Shown here piece by piece: positions 55,173-62,047 of a stretch of 62,047 nucleotides of DNA. Under the pieces are notes generated by a model. It was given only the letters and a program-made list of their open reading frames with translations, ran no database searches and was not told the origin of the DNA. This DNA is from Hyphomicrobiales bacterium (lineage in GTDB: Bacteria; Pseudomonadota; Alphaproteobacteria; Rhizobiales; Methyloligellaceae): the NCBI GenBank assembly GCA_021775575.1, contig JAJFHO010000187.1:1-62047 (forward strand), read 5' to 3'. The stretch's first letter is position 1. Each line of letters starts with the position of its first letter. A program made the translations under genes and the position numbers.

Positions 55173-55814
55173 CTATTTCAACGTTTGCGAAGGCGGCAAG
55201 GAGTCTGGGTTGTTACGGCTCTCCCACCCCTTACGCTCCAGTTCAGGTTGCAGGCTCGCCTCCTCCTCCGGCCAGCCGACACACAGATAGGCCACAAGCG
55301 TCCAGCTCTCCGGCGCCTTGGCGGCCCGGCCAACCGCTTCGGGTTCGAGGATGGACACCCATCCCAAGCCGAGCCCCGCCGCGCGCGCCCCAAGCCAAAA
55401 TGTGTGTATGGCGGTAACCACCGAGTAGCGCAGCATCTCCGGCATCGTTTGCTGCCCGAGACCCTTGCCTTTCGGCGTCCCTTCATCGGCGAAAACGGCG
55501 AACTGTACCGGCGCCTGGCGCAGGCCCTCGAGCTTGAGCCGTGCGTACAGGGCTTTGTTTTCCTCGTCATAGGCGGCAAGCGCATCCGCGTTACACCGCT
55601 CAAAGGATTCAATCACGGCCTGACGGCGGTCCGCCTCTTCAAAAGCGACAAAACGCCAAGGCTGGCTGAGACCGACCGAGGGGGCGTGGTCAGCGAGCTT
55701 CAGCAGATAATCGATCAGTTCCGGATCGACGGGGTCGGCGCGAAAGCGCCTCACGTCACGGCGCCACTTGATCAGCTCTTCGAACTGTTCGCGGAATCTG
55801 TCGTCAAATTGCAT
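55173..55814 (-). CDS. bluB: 5,6-dimethylbenzimidazole synthase BluB (nitroreductase fold)
   Basis: FREQFEELIKWRRDVRRFRADPVD...APSVGLSQPWRFV matches the BluB subfamily. It sits in a cob operon. Confidence 0.85.
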   Translation of the reverse strand: MQFDDRFREQFEELIKWRRDVRRFRADPVDPELIDYLLKLADHAPSVGLSQPWRFVAFEEADRRQAVIESFERCNADALAAYDEENKALYARLKLEGLRQAPVQFAVFADEGTPKGKGLGQQTMPEMLRYSVVTAIHTFWLGARAAGLGLGWVSILEPEAVGRAAKAPESWTLVAYLCVGWPEEEASLQPELERKGWESRNNPDSLPPSQTLK

Positions 55815-55820
55815 AGCTCG

Positions 55821-57320
55821 CTACCGTCCGCTTGCATTGCGCCGCAGTGGCGCCGATGAGCCGCCCTGCGCAATATCGTACAATAAATCGAGATCGGCAT
55901 GGGCCTCCAGATGCTCCGCCAGTTCATCGAGCGTTGCTTCGATCGTTGCCTCATAGGCGAACCCGCCCGGCTCGCCCGCGCCAAGAGTATTGAGATAGGT
56001 GCGACGGAAGGCGTCCGAGGCGAAGATACCGTGCAGATAGGTTCCCTCAACCAAACCGTCGATGGATACGGCGCCCTCGCCCCGGCCTGAAACCTGCACG
56101 AAGGGGCGTTCGCAATCCGCCCCCTCGGTGCGGCCTATATGCATTTCGTACCCGGTAACCTTTTCGCCGCTGGCTGTGTGTACGGCCTCCACGCTTATGA
56201 GCGTCTTGTCGCCGGTCAATGTCGTTTCAGCGTCCAGCAGGCCCAGCGCGTCAATACTCTCGGGCGGCCCCTCGATGCCTTCGGGATCGTGGATGCGCCG
56301 GCCAAGCATTTGATAGCCGCCGCATAATCCCAGCACGCGGCGCCCCTGCCGCAAATGAGCCTTGATGTCGATATCCCATCCCTGTTCGGCCATGACTTTC
56401 ATGTCGCCAATGGTCGATTTGGACCCCGGCAGCAAGATGAGCGTGGCGTCCCCGGGCAGCGGCCGGCCGGGCTGGACCAGATCGATCGTTACGCCAGGCG
56501 ACATTCGCAGTGGATCGAGATCGTCGAAATTGGCGATACGGGAGAGCCGCGGCACGGCGATCTTTACCGACCCGTCGCCGGGTTTCGCTAAGGCCTCCAG
56601 CGCGAGAGCGTCTTCGGCGGGCAATCTGTGAGCATGGGCAAAATGCGGGATCACGCCCGCGCAGGGACGGCGGGTGTGCTGTTCCAGATAGCGCACGCCA
56701 TCATCAAACAGTGTCGTGTCGCCGTGAAACTTGTTGATGAGGAAGGCGCGTATATACGCCGCGTCATCCTTGGAAATAACCTCCATGGTGCCGACAATGC
56801 CGGCAATGACGCCGCCTCTGTGAATATCGCCAACCAGAAGCACCGGCACATCGGCGGCAAGGGCAAATCCCATATTGGCGATATCGCCATCGCGGAGATT
56901 GATTTCCGCCGGACTGCCCGCGCCCTCGACGAGCACCAGGTCCGCTTCCGCCGAGAGCCGCGCGAAACTCTCAAGCACTTTGGGCAGAAACCGCGTGCGT
57001 TCACGTTTCCAGTCGCGGGCCGCGAGCGTCGCTTCCCGCTTGCCGCGCACGATCACCTGGGCGCCGGTGTCTGTTTCAGGCTTCAGCAGGACAGGGTTCA
57101 TGTGGACGCTCGGCGCCACGCCGCAAGCACGCGCCTGAAGCGCTTGCGAGCGGCCGATTTCGCCGCCGTCCACGGTCACCGCCGCGTTGTTCGACATATT
57201 CTGCGGTTTGAAGGGGCGGACGTTTAAACCCCGCCGCGTGAAGGCGCGCGCAAGTCCCGCGACGATCAGCGATTTGCCGACGTCGGAACCGGTACCCTGG
57301 ACCATGAGCGCGCGGGTCAT
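55821..57320 (-). CDS. cobQ: cobyric acid synthase CobQ
   Basis: [27 protein letters not shown] and [10 protein letters not shown], plus a C-terminal GATase domain ([11 protein letters not shown]). The start was moved to ATG 57320, which overlaps the cobB stop (ATGA). Confidence 0.9.
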   Translation of the reverse strand: MTRALMVQGTGSDVGKSLIVAGLARAFTRRGLNVRPFKPQNMSNNAAVTVDGGEIGRSQALQARACGVAPSVHMNPVLLKPETDTGAQVIVRGKREATLAARDWKRERTRFLPKVLESFARLSAEADLVLVEGAGSPAEINLRDGDIANMGFALAADVPVLLVGDIHRGGVIAGIVGTMEVISKDDAAYIRAFLINKFHGDTTLFDDGVRYLEQHTRRPCAGVIPHFAHAHRLPAEDALALEALAKPGDGSVKIAVPRLSRIANFDDLDPLRMSPGVTIDLVQPGRPLPGDATLILLPGSKSTIGDMKVMAEQGWDIDIKAHLRQGRRVLGLCGGYQMLGRRIHDPEGIEGPPESIDALGLLDAETTLTGDKTLISVEAVHTASGEKVTGYEMHIGRTEGADCERPFVQVSGRGEGAVSIDGLVEGTYLHGIFASDAFRRTYLNTLGAGEPGGFAYEATIEATLDELAEHLEAHADLDLLYDIAQGGSSAPLRRNASGR

Positions 57321-58633
57321 CGGGCTTCTTCCATATCGATGATATGCGCATAGGAACCCATGACGCGGCCGCGCCGCAGCCCAACGCTCCCAAGCTTTTC
57401 CCCTCGCGAGTCTTCCGCCTCGAAAAGGGGGTCGGCCTCCCCCTGCCAATCGAGCATGGAGTAATGAAATTCGTGACCGCGCAACTCCCCGGGCCAGGGC
57501 AGAGCGCCGTCCTGCGCCAGAAAGCGGTAACCGAGATGGAGCTGTCTGTTCGCGAAGCTGGTTCCAAGCGGCAATAGTCCCGCCATCTGATGGCGTTTGC
57601 CGTCGGCATCGATCAGATAGTCGCCCAATGTCATGAACCCGCCGCACTCCCCGTAAATCAGCACACCGGTCTCGGCGGCTTTACGCAATCCGGCTCGGAA
57701 CGCCTCGTTGCCGGCAAGCCGCCCGGCGTGCAGTTCGGGATAGCCGCCAGGCAGATAGATGGCGTCGGCATCGCCGGCTGGCGCTTCATTTGCCAGCGGC
57801 GAAAAAGGAACGACCCGCCCCCCCGCCGTTTGCCAGTCGGCCAGCAGATGCGGATAGGTGAAAGCAAAGGCCTCGTCCTGTGCGACCGCGACGGTCTGGC
57901 CCAGTGGCGGCAGTCTCTCCTGGCGCCCGCCCGAGAGAGGGACCTCCCGTGCGGACGCTTCAAAAGCGCCGAGATCGACGGCCTCGGCGACCATAGCGCC
58001 GGCCTTGTCCAGCAGGGAATCAAGCTCCGGATGTTCTTCCGCCTGAACCAGGCCCAGATGCCGCGACGGCATTTTGATTTCCGCCACGGAAGGGACGGCG
58101 CCTACTATATCGATACCAAGCGGCTCAACGGCGCGGCGCAGGATCTCCGCGTGCTGCGGACTGCCGACCCGGTTGAAAATAACGCCCGTGACATCGCAAT
58201 CGTCACGAAACTCGGCAAATCCTTTAACGACGGCAGCCGCCGACTGGGCCTGGGCTTTCGCATCGACCACGAGGATGACGGGCAATCCGAGCATGGCGGC
58301 AAGATCGGCGGTCGAGCCCTCGCCTGTCGCCGCGCCGTCGAACAAGCCCATGACGCCTTCGACAATGAGCAAATCGGCGTCTTCTGCCGCCGCGCAGGCG
58401 AGGTCGCGCACCAGCCCCGGGCGCATCGCCCAATTGTCCAGATTGAGCGAGGTCCGTCCGCTCGCCGCTTCATGGAAGCGGGGATCGATATAATCGGGAC
58501 CGGCCTTGGCGGACGCGACACGCCGCCCGGCCCGGGCGAAGGCTCTCAACAGGCCGAGCGTCAGAAGCGTTTTCCCCGCTCCCGAAGAAGGCGCTGCAAT
58601 CACGACGCCGCGGGGCTTAGGTTGAGAACTCAT
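57317..58633 (-). CDS. cobB: cobyrinic acid a,c-diamide synthase CobB (CbiA)
   Basis: [33 protein letters not shown] and a GATase part ([12 protein letters not shown]). Start at ATG 58633. Confidence 0.9.
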   Translation of the reverse strand: MSSQPKPRGVVIAAPSSGAGKTLLTLGLLRAFARAGRRVASAKAGPDYIDPRFHEAASGRTSLNLDNWAMRPGLVRDLACAAAEDADLLIVEGVMGLFDGAATGEGSTADLAAMLGLPVILVVDAKAQAQSAAAVVKGFAEFRDDCDVTGVIFNRVGSPQHAEILRRAVEPLGIDIVGAVPSVAEIKMPSRHLGLVQAEEHPELDSLLDKAGAMVAEAVDLGAFEASAREVPLSGGRQERLPPLGQTVAVAQDEAFAFTYPHLLADWQTAGGRVVPFSPLANEAPAGDADAIYLPGGYPELHAGRLAGNEAFRAGLRKAAETGVLIYGECGGFMTLGDYLIDADGKRHQMAGLLPLGTSFANRQLHLGYRFLAQDGALPWPGELRGHEFHYSMLDWQGEADPLFEAEDSRGEKLGSVGLRRGRVMGSYAHIIDMEEAR

Positions 58634-58800
58634 AAATATCGTCCATTCCACGCAGTGGATTTTGTCTCTGACAAGGCAGAAGAACGCGGGAAATCTTCAT
58701 GATTTTCAAGTTCTTATAACGCAGGCAGTGGCGAAATCCACCACGCCCGGATGGGCCGCCTTTTACGACTGGAATTGCACGGTATTTATGTGTTCCCAAC
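58634..58800 (-). promoter_or_regulatory. structured cobB leader, candidate divergent cobalamin riboswitch with start-codon sequestration
   Basis: On the minus-strand RNA, GGGAA (58797-58793), GTGCAATTCC (58780-58771), GCCACTG (58732-58726) and GTCAGAGAC (58672-58664) appear in riboswitch order. There are nested helices. The outer arms 58790-58770 and 58650-58631 give 18 pairs and include the ATG. The inner arms 58745-58734 and 58662-58651 give 12 pairs including 2 G-U. Confidence 0.4.
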
Positions 58801-59670
58801 CTAGCCAATGCTGTTCTCCCGCAGCGGCTCGCTATACCAATCCAGCATCTCGTGAAAGCCGACGACCTCGCCGACGACGACCAGCGCGGGCGTCGGGAAA
58901 CTCTTGACCGCCTCGCCTTCCGACATATCGGCCAAACTCGCCACATATGTCGATTGGTCCGGCAACGATGCATTGGAGACGACCGCCACCGGCTCGTCTT
59001 CAGCACGGCCGAAAGAAAGCAATTTTCGCGCGATTTCCGGCAAATTCCGGGTTGCCATATACATCACGATCACCGGCGATGCGATGGCGACATGCTCCCA
59101 GTTGACGCCTACGGGGACGCCGCCATCCGAACCGTGACCGGTCAGGAACAATACGGAATGATTTGTCTCTCTGTGGGTTATGGGAATACCCGCATAAGCC
59201 AGTCCACCGGCGCCCGATGTGATCCCGGGCACGATACGAAAGGCAATGCCGGCGCGGGCCAGAGCCTGGCATTCCTCCCCGCCGCGCCCGAAGATGTAAG
59301 GATCGCCGCCCTTGAGCCTGAGTACGCGCTTGTTCTGCCGCGCAAGCTCGATCAATCGAAGCGAAATATCGTTTTGCTTGGCCGAAGGCCGACCGCCGCG
59401 TTTGCCGGCAAATTCCATATGGACGCCGGGCCGGGCCCATTCGAGAATGGCATCGTTGACGAGGGCATCATAGACGACAACATCTGCCTGGTTCAGGGCG
59501 TGATAGCCGAGCAGGGTCATCAGGCCCGGAGCGCCCGGCCCCGCGCCGACCAGCCAGACCGTTCCCGGATCGAATTCAGGAAATTGTTCCCTGTCCAGCC
59601 GTGCGAACCCCGCCGCGCCACCGGTGAGTTTGCCGGTATCGGCCAACTGATTGATCGGTTTCGGTTTCAT
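58801..59670 (-). CDS. cobA: uroporphyrinogen-III C-methyltransferase (SUMT) CobA
   Basis: VWLVGAGPGAPGLMTLLG and RLKGGDPYIFGRGGEE. ATG 59670 is preferred over GTG 59685. Confidence 0.85.
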   Translation of the reverse strand: MKPKPINQLADTGKLTGGAAGFARLDREQFPEFDPGTVWLVGAGPGAPGLMTLLGYHALNQADVVVYDALVNDAILEWARPGVHMEFAGKRGGRPSAKQNDISLRLIELARQNKRVLRLKGGDPYIFGRGGEECQALARAGIAFRIVPGITSGAGGLAYAGIPITHRETNHSVLFLTGHGSDGGVPVGVNWEHVAIASPVIVMYMATRNLPEIARKLLSFGRAEDEPVAVVSNASLPDQSTYVASLADMSEGEAVKSFPTPALVVVGEVVGFHEMLDWYSEPLRENSIG

Positions 59671-59724
59671 ATCGTTTACCTGCACTCTGTCCGCTGTCGG
59701 GCTGCCAGTGTATAAGAGCCAATT

Positions 59725-60819
59725 ATGCCCGCTTCAAAGGATGATAACAAACCGCCGCTCAGGCGCGGATGGACGACCGGAGCATGCGCTGCGGCCGCCA
59801 CGCGCGCGGCATATACCGCCCTACTCACCGGACATTTCCCCGACCCCGTCTCGATCACGCTTCCGCGCGGTGAAACGCCGGAATTCGCGCTGGCGATCGA
59901 GGAATTGAGCGGGGAATGGTGCCGCGCCGGCATCGTCAAGGATGCCGGTGACGACCCTGACGTTACCCATGGCGCCCTCATTGTGTCCACGGTCCGGCGC
60001 GCCGACCCGAACAGCGGCGTGGCGTTTCGCGCCGGCCCCGGCGTCGGTACGGTGACGAAGCCCGGATTGCCGCTCGATCCGGGCGAGCCGGCAATCAATC
60101 CGGTACCGAGAAAAATGATCCGGGAGGTCGTCGAGACACTTGCGCGCGAGCACCATGTCGCGGCCGATATCGTGGTTGAGATTTCGGTGCCCGACGGCGA
60201 GGAACTGGCTTTGAGAACCTGGAATCCACGGCTCGGCATCGTTGGCGGTATATCGATCCTCGGTACCACCGGAATCGTCCATCCATTTTCCTGCTCGGCC
60301 TGGATTCACGCCATTCATCGCGGCATCGATGTGGCCAGGGCGGCGGGATTGACGCATGTGGCGGGCGCCACCGGATCGACATCGGAAGCCGCCGTTCAGG
60401 CTCTCCACACTCTGCCCGAGCTGGCGCTGATCGACATGGGTGATTTTGTCGGCGGAATGCTCAAATATCTGCGCAAAAATCCGCTGCCCAGAGTCACGGT
60501 CTGCGGCGGCTTCGCCAAGATGACCAAACTGGCGCAAGGGCGGCTCGATCTGCATTCCGGGCGCAGCCAGGTGGATTTTGACTGGCTGGCGGAGCGGACC
60601 CGGGCATTGGGCGGAAGCGATGGGCTGATCGAGCATGTGCGGCGCGCAAACACCGCCCGGCAAGTGCTTCAGGAGACGCACTCCCACGGTCTGGACGTCG
60701 CGGATGTGATCGCGCGCGAAGCGCTCCACTTTGCCTGCAAGACATTGCGCGACGCCCCCATCGCCCTTGACATTGTCATTGTCGATAGCGCCGGTCAGGT
60801 CATCGCCCGTGCCGAATGA
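59725..60819 (+). CDS. cbiD: cobalt-precorrin-5B (C1)-methyltransferase CbiD
   Basis: LRRGWTTGACAAAATRAA, KDAGDDPDVTHG and GISILGTTGIVHPFS. Confidence 0.9.
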   Translation: MPASKDDNKPPLRRGWTTGACAAAATRAAYTALLTGHFPDPVSITLPRGETPEFALAIEELSGEWCRAGIVKDAGDDPDVTHGALIVSTVRRADPNSGVAFRAGPGVGTVTKPGLPLDPGEPAINPVPRKMIREVVETLAREHHVAADIVVEISVPDGEELALRTWNPRLGIVGGISILGTTGIVHPFSCSAWIHAIHRGIDVARAAGLTHVAGATGSTSEAAVQALHTLPELALIDMGDFVGGMLKYLRKNPLPRVTVCGGFAKMTKLAQGRLDLHSGRSQVDFDWLAERTRALGGSDGLIEHVRRANTARQVLQETHSHGLDVADVIAREALHFACKTLRDAPIALDIVIVDSAGQVIARAE

Positions 60820-61558
60820 ACGAAAACGCGTTCTGATCCTTGGCGGCACGCTTGAGGCGCGCCATCTCGCCGGCCGGCTGGCTGCCGATGGCCGGTATGA
60901 TTTCATCACATCCTTTGCCGGGCGCACAAAGGAGCGCAGCCTTCCCGCCGGAGAAGTCCGGATCGGCGGGTTCGGCGGAGCGGACGGGCTGCGCGCATTT
61001 ATCGAGAGCGATCGAATCGACCTTGTGGCCGACGCGGCGCACCCGTTCGCCGCACAAATCTCCGGCAATGCGGCAGCGGCGGCGGCGGCGGCGGGCATTC
61101 CCTGTGTTCGCCTGGAGCGTCCCGCCTGGGAACCGCGGGATGGCGATAACTGGAAACCGGTCTCCGGCATCGATGCGGCGGCGCGGGCGATACCGGCCGG
61201 TGCGGCGGCCCTTGTCACGGTCGGCCGCCAGGAAATCGGTGCGTTTTTCGCACGGACGGACATTCGGATCGTTGCCCGGATGATCGAGCCGCCCGCCATG
61301 GAGGCGCCGCCCCATGCCGAGCTTGTGCTGGCGCGGCCACCCTTCTCGCTGGACGATGAGCGGGCGCTGATCGCCGGCAAGGATATCGATATCCTGGTGT
61401 CGAAGAATTCGGGAGGCCGCTCCACGGTCAATAAACTCCTCGCTGCCCGCGAGCAGGGCTTACCGGTCATCATGATCGAACGCCCCGCCAAGCCCGCCGC
61501 TCTTTCCGCGTCTTGCGTGGAGCAGCTGGTTTCCCTGATCGACGGCGCGTTTGGCTGA
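60809..61558 (+). CDS. cobK: precorrin-6A / cobalt-precorrin-6A reductase CobK (CbiJ)
   Basis: VLILGGTLEARHLAGRL, HPFAAQIS and SKNSGG. GTG 60809 is the first start in frame after cbiD and overlaps it by 11 nt. Confidence 0.8.
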   Translation: MPNERKRVLILGGTLEARHLAGRLAADGRYDFITSFAGRTKERSLPAGEVRIGGFGGADGLRAFIESDRIDLVADAAHPFAAQISGNAAAAAAAAGIPCVRLERPAWEPRDGDNWKPVSGIDAAARAIPAGAAALVTVGRQEIGAFFARTDIRIVARMIEPPAMEAPPHAELVLARPPFSLDDERALIAGKDIDILVSKNSGGRSTVNKLLAAREQGLPVIMIERPAKPAALSASCVEQLVSLIDGAFG

Positions 61559-61579
61559 AAAATAGCCCCGATCCCCCAC

Positions 61580-62047
61580 TCATGTCTTCCGGTTGCGCAA
61601 CACATGCTCATGCGCGGCGTCATAAAGCGCTGAATCGCGGAAAGCCGCATCGCCGAGCACATGTCCCACGAGGATGAGCGCGGTACGCGTGATCTTTGAC
61701 GCGCGGACTTTTTGGCGGATATCGGCAAGCGTGCCGCGGATAATCTGCTGATCCGGCCAGCTCGCCCGGTAGACGATCACGACCGGGCAGCCGGCCCCGT
61801 AGCAGGGTATCAACGCCTCCTCCACATAGCGAAGATTGCGCACCGAAAGATGGATTGCGAGCGTTGCGCGCGTCCGTCCCAGCGCTTCCAAAGCTTCGCC
61901 ATCTGGCATGCTGGAGGCCTTCATCGCGGTGCGGGTCAGGATGATGGTCTGCGCGATTTCCGGCAGCGTCAGCTCGGTGTTGAGCGCGGCGGCCGCGGCG
62001 GCGAAGGCAGGCACGCCCGGCGTCACGTCATAGGCAATATCGTGCGC
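61580..62047 (-). CDS. cobM: precorrin-4 C11-methyltransferase CobM (CbiF), 5-prime partial (runs off window end)
   Basis: The frame stays open to nt 62047 (AHDIAYDVTPGVPAFAAAAAAL...). The class III tetrapyrrole methylase C-terminal half is present (TRTALILVGHVL). Confidence 0.8.
   Translation of the reverse strand, partial: AHDIAYDVTPGVPAFAAAAAALNTELTLPEIAQTIILTRTAMKASSMPDGEALEALGRTRATLAIHLSVRNLRYVEEALIPCYGAGCPVVIVYRASWPDQQIIRGTLADIRQKVRASKITRTALILVGHVLGDAAFRDSALYDAAHEHVLRNRKT

Noticed and set aside
55821-57647. ORF-track N-terminal extensions, for example cobQ as 608 aa, cheR as 352 aa, yajQ as 191 aa, fliI as 483 aa and the TAXI binding protein as 400 aa
   Set aside because: The extensions are Arg-rich, overlap upstream genes and precede canonical N-termini. 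Internal ATGs give ATGA stop/start coupling or good RBSs, so the starts were moved inward.
61069-61095. (GCG)n run encoding poly-Ala in CobK, and similar Pro/Ala-coding GC triplet runs in flgD, cheR and the coiled-coil gene
   Set aside because: These are short low-complexity tracts expected in high-GC coding sequence, with no evidence of phase variation.
59821-61728. 635-aa ORF on the minus strand spanning cbiD and cobK
   Set aside because: It is antisense to two genes with unmistakable CbiD and CobK motifs. The product is Arg/Ala/Ser/Pro-rich with no motif. This is a typical shadow ORF in high-GC DNA.
1-62047. Search for tRNA, rRNA, tmRNA and known defence-system genes (nucleases, helicases, Cas, toxin-antitoxin pairs)
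   Set aside because: No intergenic region has cloverleaf-like or rRNA-like sequence that I could recognise. No ORF shows nuclease, helicase or TA hallmarks. A formal scan with tRNAscan or Infernal was not possible.

Overview
This is a high-GC chromosomal segment with alphaproteobacterial gene content. Left third (1-25.2 kb): a flagellar class-II type cluster (fliK-flgD, fliF-fliG-fliH-fliN-flbD, flhA, fliJ-fliI). It is interleaved with the CtrA-pathway genes sciP, ctrA and chpT and with a cheA-W-Y-B-R operon. The flbD-flhA junction is interrupted by a 2.3-kb LysR + MFS islet bounded by 37-bp direct repeats that duplicate the flbD 3-prime end. Middle (25-42 kb): housekeeping and accessory genes (cysQ, YHS protein, DUF1134, class III cyclase + PPP phosphatase, MFS, Crp/Fnr) and two TRAP systems, one TAXI type with an embedded HAD dehalogenase-like gene and one in dctM-Q-P order. 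42.8-50.3 kb is the least explained block and my best candidate for an undescribed system. It holds a translationally coupled three-gene set: a double HgdC/BcrAD-type activase ATPase plus two Cys-rich HgdAB/BcrBC-like subunits. Upstream of these lie a calcineurin-like metallophosphoesterase with a 21% G+C in-frame patch and an AlkB-type membrane di-iron hydroxylase. Right end (50.8-62 kb): cobalamin genes (cobT-S-U; cobA then cobB-cobQ-bluB-cobC-cbiB; cbiD-cobK; cobM partial) with two long leaders. One leader folds into a nested structure that sequesters the cobB start codon. I recognised no rRNA, tRNA, CRISPR array, transposase or integrase. All protein calls come from reading motifs in the supplied translations, not from database searches, and start codons were often moved inward from the ORF-track coordinates.
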